From Oscillospiraceae bacterium (GTDB taxonomy: Bacteria; Bacillota; Clostridia; Oscillospirales; Ruminococcaceae), in contig JBMNPF010000007.1 of assembly GCA_050943475.1 (NCBI GenBank), forward strand, positions 41,523 to 105,522: a DNA stretch of 64,000 nt, in the 5' to 3' direction. Below, piece after piece: positions 1-10,623 of this stretch. Under the pieces are notes generated by a model, which had not been told where the DNA came from, ran no database searches, and worked only from the letters and a program-made list of their open reading frames with translations. The translations under genes were made by a program, and so were the position numbers. How positions within the stretch are numbered: position 1 is the stretch's first letter; each line of letters starts with the position of its first letter.

Positions 1-948
1 CGGATGCTGGAGCGGTTCGGCAAGCCGGTCGTCCTGCTGAGCCTGGACGGGGATACCGCCGTTGGTTCAGCGCGCAGCATGCCGGAATTTCCGCTCCACA
101 AGGCGCTGTCCTCCTGCTCGGAGCTGCTGGAGCGGTTTGGCGGGCACACACAGGCGGCTGGGCTGACCGTCAGACGGAAGAACATCCCGCTGCTTTCGGC
201 CGCCCTCAACCGGATTGCGGAGGATTGGCTGGAATCCGCCCCGCGGGAGAGCTGCCGCATTGACCGGATGCTGTCCGCTTCCGAAATTTCGTTGAACTTG
301 ATTGAAATTCTCAGCCGGTTGGAGCCGTTTGGCGCTTCCAACCCTGTGCCCATTTTTTGTATGGAAGGTGCGGAAATTACGGCGGTCCAGCCGCTGTCTG
401 GCGGGAAGCACACCAAACTTTCACTTCTTCAGAATGGTGTGCCGTTTCAGGCACTCTGTTTTGGGGAAGAGACCGAATGGTTTGGTTTTGCGCCGGGCAG
501 CGTTGTGGATTTGCTTGTCACCCTTGAAGTCAACGAGTTTGCCGGAAGGCGCTCTCCGTCGGTGCGGGTGGAGGATATACGTCCTGCCGGGCTGGACGAG
601 AAACAGTGGGAACACTGGGAGTCGGTCTGCTGTAAAATAGACGGCGGTGCCCCGCTGGCCCCGGAGGAGCTGGAGCAAGCAAGCCTCTGCCGGGAGGATC
701 TTGTGCGGGTTTACAGTGGGATCAAACGGCTTGGGCGCTTTCAGGGCGGGCTGGAACGGCTGTATCTTACGGCGTTTTATCCCAAAATAAATTACGTCCG
801 GTTTTGCGCGGCGCTTGATGTGCTGAGCGAACTGGGGTTGATTCATTGTTCGCGGGCCAATGGGCAGGTCTCTGCGGTACAGCATCCACCGCAGGTTGCG
901 CTCACCGCATCGAAACGGTTTTGCATGCTGCAAAAACTGGATGCTTAA
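1..948 (+). CDS. recJ: Single-stranded-DNA-specific exonuclease RecJ, C-terminal part (5' end outside window)
   Basis: ORF open to window edge. Contains a RecJ-type GGHxxAAG motif (FGGHTQAAGL). Lies in the conserved recJ-rel-dtd order. Confidence 0.75.
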   Translation, partial: RMLERFGKPVVLLSLDGDTAVGSARSMPEFPLHKALSSCSELLERFGGHTQAAGLTVRRKNIPLLSAALNRIAEDWLESAPRESCRIDRMLSASEISLNLIEILSRLEPFGASNPVPIFCMEGAEITAVQPLSGGKHTKLSLLQNGVPFQALCFGEETEWFGFAPGSVVDLLVTLEVNEFAGRRSPSVRVEDIRPAGLDEKQWEHWESVCCKIDGGAPLAPEELEQASLCREDLVRVYSGIKRLGRFQGGLERLYLTAFYPKINYVRFCAALDVLSELGLIHCSRANGQVSAVQHPPQVALTASKRFCMLQKLDA

Positions 949-970
949 ATCAGGATTGGGGAATGGATTT

Positions 971-3151
971 ATGTCGGCATTACTGCACAACTTAATCAAT
1001 GCGATTGATGAAAGCGGGCGTACCTATGACAAGGATTTGATTGTCAAGGCGTACGAGTTTGCGCGCACTGCCCATGAGGGGCAGCGCCGCGACTCCGGCG
1101 AGCCTTATATCACCCATCCGCTGGCGGTTTCCTGCATTCTGGTCGAGCTGGGCATGGACGAGGCGAGTATATGCGCGGCGCTTCTGCACGACGTTGTGGA
1201 GGATACCCCGGTCACTAAAGAGGAGCTTGCGTCTGAGTTCGGCGAAGAAATTTCAAACCTCGTGGACGGGGTCACCAAGCTGAGCAAAATACCGCTTTCC
1301 ACCCGCGAGGAACAGCAGGCGGAAAATGTGCGTAAAATGCTGTTCGCCATGTCGCAGGACATTCGGGTCATCATCATCAAGCTGGCGGACCGGCTGCACA
1401 ACATGCGCACCCTCTCTTTCCGCCCGGCGCAGAAACAGCGGGACACCTCGCTGGAGACGATGGAGATTTACGCGCCGATTGCGCACCGCCTTGGCATCCG
1501 GGCGGTTAAGGAGGAGCTGGAGGATCTGGCGCTCCAGTACCTGGATCCGGTTGCGCTGAAAGAGATTGAAGACACGCTGCAGCTCAAGGACGCCACCCGT
1601 AAATTTTTTATCCCGAGCACGATTGAGCGCATCAGCGACCGTCTGGAAGAATACGACATGAAGCCGCACATTGAGGGGCGGGTCAAGAGCCTGTACGGTA
1701 TTTACCGCAAGGTTTATATGGCGGGCCGGGATTTTGATGAAGTCTATGACATCTACGCGGTGCGTATTATTACCTCAACCGTCATTGAGTGCTATAACAT
1801 TTTGGGCATTATGCACGACATGTTCACCCCGATTCCGAACCGCTTTAAGGATTACATTTCCACCCCCAAGGCGAATATGTACCAGTCACTGCACACTACG
1901 GTGCTGAGCAAGGAAGGCATCCCGTTTGAGATTCAGATTCGCACCTGGGATATGCACTACACGGCAGAATACGGCATTGCCGCCCACTGGAAATACAAGC
2001 TCGGCATTCAGGGCAAGGACAGGCAGGAGGAGCGGTTCGCCTGGATCCGCCGTCTGGTAGAAGCCCAGCAGGAAAATGAAAACCCGGAGGAAATTGTATA
2101 CAGCATTAAAAACGACCTTGGCGCAGAGGACGTTTTTGTCTTTACGCCAAAGGGGGACGTCAAGAGCCTGCCGCTTGGCTCCACCGTGATTGACTTTGCA
2201 TATGCCATCCACAGTGCGGTCGGCAACCGGATGACCGGGGCAAAGGTGGACGGACGCATTGTGCCGATTGACTACAAGGTGAAAACCGGCGACGTTGTGG
2301 ACATCATCACCAGTAACTCGCCCAATCACGGGCCGAACCGCGCGTGGCTAAACATTGTTAAAACCGGTGAGGCGCGCAATAAAATCCGCGCATGGTTTAA
2401 AAAGGAGCGCCGCACCGAAAACGTGCAGGAGGGAAAAACAGAGGTTGAGCGTGAGTTCAAGCGCAACCAGATTGTGCTGCCGGAAAAGGAAATGGAGGAG
2501 TTTTTGCTCGCCATTGCCAAGCGGTACCACTGCAACAGCCTGGACGATTTTTTTGCTGCCATTGGCTACGGAGGTATCCTGCTTTCCAAGATCATTGCGC
2601 GGATTAAAGACGATTATTTGAAAAACTACAAGCCAAAGCCGGAAAGTGAAATACCGGTGGCACCGGATATTCCAAGGACCCCCTACAAGGGCAGCAGCGG
2701 TGTTGTAGTGGAAGGCATTGACAACTGTCTGGTAAAATTCTCTCAGTGCTGTACGCCGCTTCCGGGTGATCCCATCATCGGGTTCATCACCCGCGGGCAC
2801 GGGGTTTCCATCCACAAACAGGATTGCGTCAACGTGCTTGCCTCTATGCGCAACGCCGAACAACGCGACCGCTGGATTGCCGTGCACTGGGCGGATTCTG
2901 CTGAGAAATATTACCGCTGTACCCTTGACATTGTGGCACATGACCGCAACGGTCTGCTTGCCGATGTGACGGTGGAGCTTGCAAATTTCCGTGTGCCGGT
3001 GCATGAGGTATTTGCACGCGAACTGAAAAACGGCAACGCCAACATCGTCGTCACCATTGGCATTGCCGGGGTGGAGCAGCTCAAAAACATTATGAACAAG
3101 CTTGCCAAGATCAAGGACGTGATTTCGGTGGAGCGTTCGGGAAAACAATAA
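971..3151 (+). CDS. rel: Bifunctional (p)ppGpp synthetase/hydrolase (RelA/SpoT homologue)
   Basis: HD motif HDVVEDT and synthetase core YQSLHTTV, with TGS/ACT-like C-terminus. ATG at 971 chosen because the track start at 860 overlaps recJ. Confidence 0.93.
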   Translation: MSALLHNLINAIDESGRTYDKDLIVKAYEFARTAHEGQRRDSGEPYITHPLAVSCILVELGMDEASICAALLHDVVEDTPVTKEELASEFGEEISNLVDGVTKLSKIPLSTREEQQAENVRKMLFAMSQDIRVIIIKLADRLHNMRTLSFRPAQKQRDTSLETMEIYAPIAHRLGIRAVKEELEDLALQYLDPVALKEIEDTLQLKDATRKFFIPSTIERISDRLEEYDMKPHIEGRVKSLYGIYRKVYMAGRDFDEVYDIYAVRIITSTVIECYNILGIMHDMFTPIPNRFKDYISTPKANMYQSLHTTVLSKEGIPFEIQIRTWDMHYTAEYGIAAHWKYKLGIQGKDRQEERFAWIRRLVEAQQENENPEEIVYSIKNDLGAEDVFVFTPKGDVKSLPLGSTVIDFAYAIHSAVGNRMTGAKVDGRIVPIDYKVKTGDVVDIITSNSPNHGPNRAWLNIVKTGEARNKIRAWFKKERRTENVQEGKTEVEREFKRNQIVLPEKEMEEFLLAIAKRYHCNSLDDFFAAIGYGGILLSKIIARIKDDYLKNYKPKPESEIPVAPDIPRTPYKGSSGVVVEGIDNCLVKFSQCCTPLPGDPIIGFITRGHGVSIHKQDCVNVLASMRNAEQRDRWIAVHWADSAEKYYRCTLDIVAHDRNGLLADVTVELANFRVPVHEVFARELKNGNANIVVTIGIAGVEQLKNIMNKLAKIKDVISVERSGKQ

Positions 3152-3163
3152 AGGGGATTCAGA

Positions 3164-3622
3164 ATGAAGGCAGTATTACAGCGCGCAGCTGAAGCGTCCA
3201 TTGTCATTGACGGAGTGAGCGGCGGCATAATTGGGCCGGGGCTTGTGCTGCTGCTCGGCGTGATGCAGGGCGATACGGAGGTGCAGGCGGATATCCTTGC
3301 GGAAAAGGCTGCCGGGCTCCGCATTTTCACCGATGAAAACGGCAAGATGAACCGTTCGGTCAATGATATTGGCGGGGAGCTGCTGATTGTCTCCAATTTT
3401 ACGCTTGGAGCAGACTGCAAAAAAGGCCGCCGTCCTTCCTTTGACCGGAGCGCTGCGCCGCAGGAGGCAGAGCCGCTTTATGAGCATTTTGTCGCCCGGA
3501 TGCGCGAACTCTGCGCTGGCCGGGTAATCACTGGGAAATTCGGCGCAGATATGAAGGTTTCTCTGGTCAATGACGGCCCGGTGACCATTCTTCTTGACAC
3601 GGATTTTCTCACAAAACGTTGA
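3164..3622 (+). CDS. dtd: D-aminoacyl-tRNA deacylase
   Basis: Length about 150 aa. Has MKAVLQR...SNFTL signature and follows rel. Confidence 0.9.
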   Translation: MKAVLQRAAEASIVIDGVSGGIIGPGLVLLLGVMQGDTEVQADILAEKAAGLRIFTDENGKMNRSVNDIGGELLIVSNFTLGADCKKGRRPSFDRSAAPQEAEPLYEHFVARMRELCAGRVITGKFGADMKVSLVNDGPVTILLDTDFLTKR

Positions 3623-3633
3623 AGGAGTACCCT

Positions 3634-4257
3634 ATGAAGATAAAACAGCTAACCGTCGGCCCGCTTGCCGTCAACTGCTACCTGGTCTGGGAGCGCCCCG
3701 AAGCAGCAGTCGCCGTTGATCCGGGCGCGTCCCCGGCGAAAATAGCCGAGGCATTGGAGCAAAATGGGCTGACTCTGACCGATATATTGCTTACCCACGG
3801 TCATTTTGACCATATTGGGGCTGCGGCGGAACTCAAAGCGCAATACGGCGCCAAGGTTTGGGTTCATGCGTTGGATGAAGAACTGCTGTCTGACCCGGAA
3901 AAGAATGTTGCCGCTGAGGTTGGCATAACGGTACCGCCGGTGTCCGCGGACCGCATTTTGGCCGATGGCGAGTCGTTTACCGCGGGCGGCATGCCGTTTC
4001 AGGTATTGCATACGCCCGGGCATTCCAAAGGCTCCTGCGTTTATATATGCGGGGATCTGCTGTTTTCCGGCGACACCCTGTTTGCCGGTTCCATGGGCCG
4101 CACCGATTTTTACGGCGGCGATATCCGCGCGCTGTCGGCCTCTCTGCAAACCCTTGCGGGGCTTGACGGGGACTACCGCGTCCTGCCGGGCCATGGACCG
4201 GAAACGACGCTGGAAGCTGAACGGCGCACCAATCCTTTTTTGGGAGCAGACTTATGA
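3634..4257 (+). CDS. MBL-fold metallo-hydrolase (glyoxalase II-like)
   Basis: THGHFDH metal-binding motif. RBS GAAGGAG at 3621-3627 favours the ATG at 3634 over the TTG at 3619. Confidence 0.8.
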   Translation: MKIKQLTVGPLAVNCYLVWERPEAAVAVDPGASPAKIAEALEQNGLTLTDILLTHGHFDHIGAAAELKAQYGAKVWVHALDEELLSDPEKNVAAEVGITVPPVSADRILADGESFTAGGMPFQVLHTPGHSKGSCVYICGDLLFSGDTLFAGSMGRTDFYGGDIRALSASLQTLAGLDGDYRVLPGHGPETTLEAERRTNPFLGADL

Positions 4258-5741
4258 CGTTATACCTCAACGGACATACCTACAAATATGAGCTGGAACA
4301 TCTGATCAAGATGTTTTTCCCCCTCATCAAGCTCGGCATTGTTTACGATGGAACTGAAGGCGATGAAAACGCCGTTGTGACCACCCGAACCGAGGAAGAA
4401 AGCGAGGCTCGCCTCACCGTGACGGTACGGTACCACGGTGAGGTGATGAGCCGCATTCAAACGGTAGACCGCTTCAGAGCCGATTATTCGGCGGAGTGCG
4501 AGCGGGTTTTTGCCGTGATGATTTATGAAATCCTGGAGGAATTCACCGGGCTGCACCCAAAATGGGGAATCCTCACCGGCATCCGGCCGGTGAAATTGGT
4601 GTCACAACGCCTTGCGGAGCAGAGTGAAGAGCAGATTGTAACAGCGTTTGAACGGGACTTGAAGGTCACGCCGCAAAAAACAAGGCTGCTGATTGATATT
4701 GCGCGCATCCAGCGTCCGGTGGCTTCTGCTATCCGGGAGCGGGATTTCAGCATTTATGTCTCCATTCCGTTCTGCCCGTCCCGCTGCCAGTACTGCTCCT
4801 TTGTTTCCCATTCGGTCGAGCAGGCCAAAAAGCTCATCCCGGATTACCTGGATCGCCTTTGTGATGAAATCCGAGAAACGGCCAAACGAACAAAACAGCT
4901 TGGGCTTGTCCCCAAAACGGTTTATTTTGGTGGTGGTACCCCGACGGTGCTGGAAGCGGAACAGCTTTCCCGATTGTTTGGCACGCTGGAGGAAGCGTTT
5001 GATCTGTCCGGCCTGCTGGAATATACGGTAGAAGCCGGCCGTGCGGATACCATCACCCGGGAAAAGCTGGAGGCTATCCGGGCGGCGGGGGCAACGCGCA
5101 TCAGCATTAACCCACAGAGCTTTGATGACGAAGTCCTGCGGGAGATTGGGCGGAAGCATACCGCCGCGCAGGTGGTGGCTTGTTACCAGCTCGCGCGGGA
5201 GCTCGGTTTTGACAACATCAACATGGACTTCATTGCGGGGCTGAAAGGGGATACCCTTGAGGGCTTCTGCGCAACCATGCAGACCGCCCTTTCCCTTGCG
5301 CCGGAAAACATTACGGTGCACACCCTGTCGGTCAAGCGCTCGTCGAACCTTTACAACGACGCAGAGGCGATTGCCGAAGTCCGGCGCAACCCCACTGCAG
5401 AAATGGCAGACGCCGCCCAGAAAATGCTTGGGGAGGCAGGGTACCTGCCTTACTACCTCTACCGGCAGAAAAACACGCTGCAAAACCTGGAAAACGTCGG
5501 TTTCTGCAAGCCGGGGTACGAGGGGATTTACAACATTTATATGATGGAGGAGCTTGAGACCGTCCTCGCATTTGGCGCGGGTGCGGTGAGCAAGCTGGTC
5601 GACCAGCAAAGTGGATACATTGAACGCATTTTCAATTATAAATTTCCGTATGAATACATTGGGCAGTTTGGGGAAATGCTGGAACGGAAAGGCAAGGTGA
5701 AAGCGTTTTATGAGCGGGAAGGATTTTGCAAAACAGAATAA
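4254..5741 (+). CDS. hemZ: Radical SAM coproporphyrinogen dehydrogenase-like protein (HemZ/HemN family)
   Basis: CPSRCQYCSF CxxxCxxC motif. ATGA overlap with the upstream gene. Confidence 0.8.
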   Translation: MTLYLNGHTYKYELEHLIKMFFPLIKLGIVYDGTEGDENAVVTTRTEEESEARLTVTVRYHGEVMSRIQTVDRFRADYSAECERVFAVMIYEILEEFTGLHPKWGILTGIRPVKLVSQRLAEQSEEQIVTAFERDLKVTPQKTRLLIDIARIQRPVASAIRERDFSIYVSIPFCPSRCQYCSFVSHSVEQAKKLIPDYLDRLCDEIRETAKRTKQLGLVPKTVYFGGGTPTVLEAEQLSRLFGTLEEAFDLSGLLEYTVEAGRADTITREKLEAIRAAGATRISINPQSFDDEVLREIGRKHTAAQVVACYQLARELGFDNINMDFIAGLKGDTLEGFCATMQTALSLAPENITVHTLSVKRSSNLYNDAEAIAEVRRNPTAEMADAAQKMLGEAGYLPYYLYRQKNTLQNLENVGFCKPGYEGIYNIYMMEELETVLAFGAGAVSKLVDQQSGYIERIFNYKFPYEYIGQFGEMLERKGKVKAFYEREGFCKTE

Positions 5742-6654
5742 ACGGCTGGATGCGTCCGCCATTAACCGGCTGTGCGAACAGGATATGACGGGGTTGATTG
5801 ACGCGGCCGAAAACGCCTATCTGGAAACGATCAGGAGCACCGTGGAACGTTACCTTGACGGCCAGAAACTCCATAAGATGATCCTTATTTCCGGCCCGTC
5901 CGGTTCCGGCAAAACCACAACGAGCTACCGGCTGACCGACGAGCTGAAACAGCATGGGTTAAACCCGGTTGTGCTTTCGCTGGATAATTTTTTCAAGCAG
6001 CCCTCTGAGATGCGGCGGAATCCGGATGGCTCCATCCGGTATGATTCGGTGCATTCCATCAACCTCGGCGCAGTCAACCGCACCCTTTGGTCGCTGATGT
6101 ACCACGGGGAGGCCATTTTGCCGCGGTATGATTTTCTCACCGCCCGCGCCAGCGAAAAAAGCGAGCTTTTAAAGATTGACAAGGACAGCGTTGTGCTCAT
6201 TGAGGGGCTTCACGCGCTCAATCCGCTGCTTACCTACGGGTTGGATTACGGGGCGTTTTTCAAAATCTGTATGAATGTGGACAGCGCCTTCGTCGATGGG
6301 GACGAGACCGTCCTCACCTCCCGTGAGGTGCGGTTTGTGCGGCGCGCCATCCGGGATTACCGACACCGCGGGGCCTCGGTGGATGTGACCTTTGGTATGT
6401 GGCCGGGTGTCTGCGAGGGGGAGGACCTGTATATCAGGCCGTTTTACCCTTATGCCGATGTAATGCTCAACACGGTTTACAGCTATGAACCTCTGGTTTA
6501 CAAGCCGTTGCTGGCGCCGCTGCTCATGGCGCTGGCCGAGCATGAAACCTATGGGCCGGAGGCGCTGCAGCTTTACCGGAAGTTGCTTCATTTTGGGGAA
6601 ATCCCGGTGAAAAAGGTACCGGTAAAATCGCTTTTGCAGGAGTTTGTTGGTTGA
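5710..6654 (+). CDS. Uridine kinase/phosphoribulokinase-family nucleoside kinase
   Basis: Walker A GPSGSGKTT. The start overlaps hemZ by 32 nt. An alternative ATG lies at 5785. Confidence 0.65.
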   Translation: MSGKDFAKQNKRLDASAINRLCEQDMTGLIDAAENAYLETIRSTVERYLDGQKLHKMILISGPSGSGKTTTSYRLTDELKQHGLNPVVLSLDNFFKQPSEMRRNPDGSIRYDSVHSINLGAVNRTLWSLMYHGEAILPRYDFLTARASEKSELLKIDKDSVVLIEGLHALNPLLTYGLDYGAFFKICMNVDSAFVDGDETVLTSREVRFVRRAIRDYRHRGASVDVTFGMWPGVCEGEDLYIRPFYPYADVMLNTVYSYEPLVYKPLLAPLLMALAEHETYGPEALQLYRKLLHFGEIPVKKVPVKSLLQEFVG

Positions 6655-6719
6655 ATTCCCGCGTTTGGGGGATTATAATAGCACTAGAAGAAAACGGTTT
6701 ACCGGAAAGGGGCAGTAGA

Positions 6720-7091
6720 ATGGCTACGTTCGATGATGTTGTGGATAAAGCGAAGGATTTTGCAGAAACTGCGGGAAAAAAGGCGGAGCGGGTTGTGGAA
6801 ATTTCCAGGCTCAAGCTACAGGTTTCCCAAATTAATTCGGACATTCGCAGGGCGTATGAAAAGCTCGGCAGCGCTGTTTATAACATGAAAAAGGCAAATT
6901 ATGAGGATGCCGACCTGATTTCTTCGGTCGTAGAGGAGATTGACGGCCTTGTGGAGGACCGCGCTTCAACCGAAGCGAAACTCGCCGCATTGAAGAACCA
7001 GGTGGTTTGTGACACCTGTGGCGCCAAAAATCCGCAGGAGGCGGTTTACTGCGTCAAATGTGGCAGCCGTCTGATGGACGCGGAGGGCTGA
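6720..7091 (+). CDS. Zinc-ribbon domain protein with coiled-coil N-terminus
   Basis: C-terminal CDTCG...CVKCG double CxxC. ATG 6720 is preceded by GAAAGGGG. Confidence 0.6.
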   Translation: MATFDDVVDKAKDFAETAGKKAERVVEISRLKLQVSQINSDIRRAYEKLGSAVYNMKKANYEDADLISSVVEEIDGLVEDRASTEAKLAALKNQVVCDTCGAKNPQEAVYCVKCGSRLMDAEG

Positions 7092-7915
7092 TGAACGCTT
7101 TGACGATGGAACAGTACAAACAGGCCGCGGATTTTCTCCGCGGCCGTTTCCCAAATGGGGCGGATACCGCTGTGGTGCTCGGTTCCGGTCTTGATGGGTT
7201 CACAGCCTGGGTGCGGGAGGGGCATGCGGTGCCGTACTGCGATATCCCGCATGCCCCTGGCACGACCAACCAAGCACATAAGGGAGAATTGCTGTGCGGC
7301 CAGGTCGAGAGCAGGCCGGTGTACGTCCTTTCAGGCCGGGTACACGCCTACGAGGGGTATTCGCTGGCGGATACCGCCTTTTTTGTCCGGGTGCTTCACC
7401 TGCTCGGGGTGAAAAACCTCATCCTCACCAATGCGGCAGGCGGCATTGCGCCGGAGCTGGCGGTCGGGGATTTCATGTGCATTTCTGACCACCTCTACTT
7501 TTTTGATGACAGCCCGGTGCGCGGCCCGCACCTTCCGGCGTTTGGCCCGCGCTTTTTTGACATGTCAAACGCCTATGACAAAGGTTTGCGGCAAACCGCT
7601 CTTGCGGTGATGAAGGAGCTGCACCTGCCGCCGCGCGAAGGCGTTTACGCCTATATGCCAGGCCCGCAGTATGAAACGCCTGCGGAGATCCGCGCGCTGC
7701 GCACGCTCGGCGCCGATGCGGTGGGAATGTCCACCGTTGCGGAGGCGATTGCCGCGGCCCAGTGCGGCATGCGGACGCTCGGCATTTCCTGCATTACCAA
7801 CCCGGCGGCCGGCATCTCGCTCTCACCGCTTTCGGACGACGATGTGACCGAAACCGCTGCCCGGCGCTCAGAGGATTTTGTCCGTCTGCTGTGCGGCATC
7901 CTTGCAAAAATCTAG
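7091..7915 (+). CDS. punA: Purine nucleoside phosphorylase (PNP family)
   Basis: GRVHAYEGY and GMSTVAE motifs. ATG overlaps the upstream TGA. Confidence 0.88.
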   Translation: MNALTMEQYKQAADFLRGRFPNGADTAVVLGSGLDGFTAWVREGHAVPYCDIPHAPGTTNQAHKGELLCGQVESRPVYVLSGRVHAYEGYSLADTAFFVRVLHLLGVKNLILTNAAGGIAPELAVGDFMCISDHLYFFDDSPVRGPHLPAFGPRFFDMSNAYDKGLRQTALAVMKELHLPPREGVYAYMPGPQYETPAEIRALRTLGADAVGMSTVAEAIAAAQCGMRTLGISCITNPAAGISLSPLSDDDVTETAARRSEDFVRLLCGILAKI

Positions 7916-7993
7916 CGTATAACCGCCCCTGCTTGTTCATACAATTGTGGTATGACAACACGGGCGGTTTTTTCCGCCCCTGGGGGGCAGGAC

Positions 7994-9730
7994 ATGAAAT
8001 CGAACCGGCAGAGTTTTATCCACGGCGCGGCTATTCTTGCCGTTTCGCTTATAATCGTCAAGATCCTCGGACTGGTGTTTAAAATACCGCTCACCAACAT
8101 CCTGGGCGGTGTTGGCATGGGGTATTACAACACCTCTTTTATGCTGTTTTCGCCCATCTACTCCCTAGCAGTGGGCGGCCTTCCGGCGGCGGTCTCCAAA
8201 ATGATCGCCGAAAATTCAGTGCTTGGGCGCTACCGTGATGTACGCCGGATTTTTCGGATTTCCATGCTTTTTTACCTCGCGACCGGGATTGCCGGCACGG
8301 CGCTGATGCTCGGCGTTTCGGATTTCTTTGTCCACGCGGTGAAAAATCCCAACGCTTACTGGTCGGTGGTCGCCATTGCGCCGACCATCCTGTTCGGCTG
8401 TATCATTTCCGCTTATCGCGGTTATTTTGAGGGGCTGTGCGATATGCGCCCTACTGCCGTTTCCCAGGTGGTGGAGATGGTATCCAAGCTGGCGGCGGGG
8501 CTGGGGCTTGCAATCTGGGTCATGTCCTATGCGCAGAGCCAGTTTGAGACGACCGGTTTTGTCTTTGGCGTCTACGCCGGGGATGCGGCACAGGCCGGTG
8601 TCATTGCGGTGCCATACGCCGCGGCGGCTTCAATCATCGGCGTCAGCATCAGTAACCTGGTCGGCGCTCTTTATTTGATGATTCGCTACCGCCGCAACGA
8701 CAGCATTACCGATTTGGAACGCAAGGCATCCCCAACGCCGCAGAGACGGCGTGCGCTGTTTCAACAGCTTGTGTCCATTGCGCTCCCCATCTGCCTGGGC
8801 GGATTTGTGCTCAACATCACCTCGTTTGCCGACCTGCTGTCCATGATGAACCGGTTGAATTTCCTCGTGCGGGAGCATGCGTCGGAATTGCTTGCAGTTT
8901 ACGGTTCTGCAATTCCGGCGGATATGGCGCTTACCGATGTGCCAAACTATTTGTACGGGTGTTATACCGGCCTTGCCGTTTCCATTTACGGCATTATCCC
9001 CGCCATTGCCGGGGTATTTGCCAAAAGCGCCCTGCCCAACATTGCGTCGAGCTGGGCGCGCGGCAACCGGGATTATACCCGCCGCAATATGGAGCTGGTG
9101 ATCCGCATTACCATGCTGGTGTCCATCCCCTGTGGAATTGGTATTACGGTACTGGCAGAACCCATTTTGTCCGCATTATTTTCCTCCCGCCCGGCAGAAG
9201 TGTATATTGCCACCCCTGTTTTGGCAATCATGGGAATAGGGGTGATTTTCCAGGCGGGATCCATGCTGCTGTTCAGCGTTTTGCAGGCGCTGGGTTATGC
9301 AAAGCTGCCGGTAAAGCACATGGTCATTGGCGGGTGCGTCAAGCTGCTGTTCAATATGGTGCTGATGTCGATCCCGGCGGTCAATGTCCACGGCGCCGCG
9401 CTGGCTTCGGTTTTATGCTATGTCGTTATCTTGATTCTGGAGCTGACGGCGCTGGTAAAAATTACCGGGATGAAGTTTCACTACTCCAGTATTTTTGTGC
9501 GGCCGCTCATTGCCAGCATTCTCTGCGGAATTGCCGCGGCAACCGCTTTTTCCCTTTGTTCCCGCATTTGCAGCATGCGGCTCTCCCTTGCCGCCGCTAT
9601 ATTGGTAGCCGCAATTTTGTACCTGATTGCCGCCGTCTGCCTCAAAGCTGTTGAAAAGAGTGATTTTGAGATGATTCCAGGCGGGAAAAAAGTAGCAAAA
9701 GTACTTGAAAAAATAGGATTGATGCGTTAA
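7994..9730 (+). CDS. MOP-superfamily polysaccharide/lipid II flippase (YabM/SpoVB-like)
   Basis: Polytopic membrane protein of about 580 aa. Occupies the yabM position upstream of mazG. Confidence 0.75.
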   Translation: MKSNRQSFIHGAAILAVSLIIVKILGLVFKIPLTNILGGVGMGYYNTSFMLFSPIYSLAVGGLPAAVSKMIAENSVLGRYRDVRRIFRISMLFYLATGIAGTALMLGVSDFFVHAVKNPNAYWSVVAIAPTILFGCIISAYRGYFEGLCDMRPTAVSQVVEMVSKLAAGLGLAIWVMSYAQSQFETTGFVFGVYAGDAAQAGVIAVPYAAAASIIGVSISNLVGALYLMIRYRRNDSITDLERKASPTPQRRRALFQQLVSIALPICLGGFVLNITSFADLLSMMNRLNFLVREHASELLAVYGSAIPADMALTDVPNYLYGCYTGLAVSIYGIIPAIAGVFAKSALPNIASSWARGNRDYTRRNMELVIRITMLVSIPCGIGITVLAEPILSALFSSRPAEVYIATPVLAIMGIGVIFQAGSMLLFSVLQALGYAKLPVKHMVIGGCVKLLFNMVLMSIPAVNVHGAALASVLCYVVILILELTALVKITGMKFHYSSIFVRPLIASILCGIAAATAFSLCSRICSMRLSLAAAILVAAILYLIAAVCLKAVEKSDFEMIPGGKKVAKVLEKIGLMR

Positions 9731-9778
9731 TATAAGAACATGAGTTTTTCAGAGGATGTTGAAAGATAGGGTTTATGC

Positions 9779-10579
9779 ATGGATTTTAAGCGGAAAGAAC
9801 GGTACCGGGTGGAGGACCTTTTGGAGATTATGAGGGTGCTCCGCAGTGAAAACGGCTGCCCGTGGGACAGGGAACAGACCCATGAGAGTATCCGCCGCAA
9901 TTTCATCGAGGAGACCTATGAGGTTGTCGAAGCCATTGACAACCGGGATAAGGCGCTGCTCGAAGAAGAGTTGGGCGATGTGCTGCTCCAGGTGGTGTTT
10001 CATGCCCAGATGGAGGCGGAACAGGGTACTTTCGATTTTGACGATGTCTGTGACGGCATCTGCAAAAAGCTGATTCTGCGCCATCCCCATATCTTCGGCG
10101 ATGTGGTTGCCAGCACCTCGGAAGAGGTCCTGCGCAACTGGGATGAAATCAAGAAGCAGGAAAAGGGGCAGAAAACCCAGACCGACGCAGTGCTTTCGGT
10201 TCCCAAAGTTCTTCCGGCGCTGATGCGAAGCGCAAAGGTTCAGCAGCGCGCCGCTAAAACAGGGTTTGACTACCCTGCATTGGACGACAGCATGAAGGAT
10301 TTGGATTCCGAGCTGTGTGAGCTCAAAGAGGCGATTGCCTCCGGGAACCGGGAAGCGGTTGCCGAGGAGTTCGGCGATCTGCTGTTTAGCTGTGTCAATG
10401 TATCCCGCTTTCTGCATCTGGATGCTGAGGAGGCCCTTTCCTTTGCCACCGAAAAATTCATCCGGCGGTTCGCCGAGGTGGAAAAGCTCGCGGGAGAGCA
10501 AGGAGTTCAAATGAAAGACGCCCCGCTGGACGAGCTCAACCGGCTGTGGGCGGAAGCAAAAACAAGAGTTCATTCATAG
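9779..10579 (+). CDS. mazG: Nucleoside triphosphate pyrophosphohydrolase MazG
   Basis: Tandem MazG motifs: CPWDREQTH, EETYEVVEAI and EEFGDLLF. Confidence 0.92.
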   Translation: MDFKRKERYRVEDLLEIMRVLRSENGCPWDREQTHESIRRNFIEETYEVVEAIDNRDKALLEEELGDVLLQVVFHAQMEAEQGTFDFDDVCDGICKKLILRHPHIFGDVVASTSEEVLRNWDEIKKQEKGQKTQTDAVLSVPKVLPALMRSAKVQQRAAKTGFDYPALDDSMKDLDSELCELKEAIASGNREAVAEEFGDLLFSCVNVSRFLHLDAEEALSFATEKFIRRFAEVEKLAGEQGVQMKDAPLDELNRLWAEAKTRVHS

Positions 10580-10623
10580 GCTTATCTGCCTATTGGATAA
10601 TAAAATTACGGAGGTTCTAAAAA

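Noticed and set aside
9773-10573. 266-aa minus-strand ORF exactly shadowing mazG
   Set aside because: It is the same length as mazG but has no motifs. The MazG signatures are on the plus strand. This is a typical antisense open frame in GC-rich coding DNA. The same reasoning applies to 41999-43882, 50395-51474, 33809-34945, 38647-39744, 15792-16964, 4602-5762, 40786-41895, 56715-58001, 58553-59695, 25726-26784 and 63028-63942.
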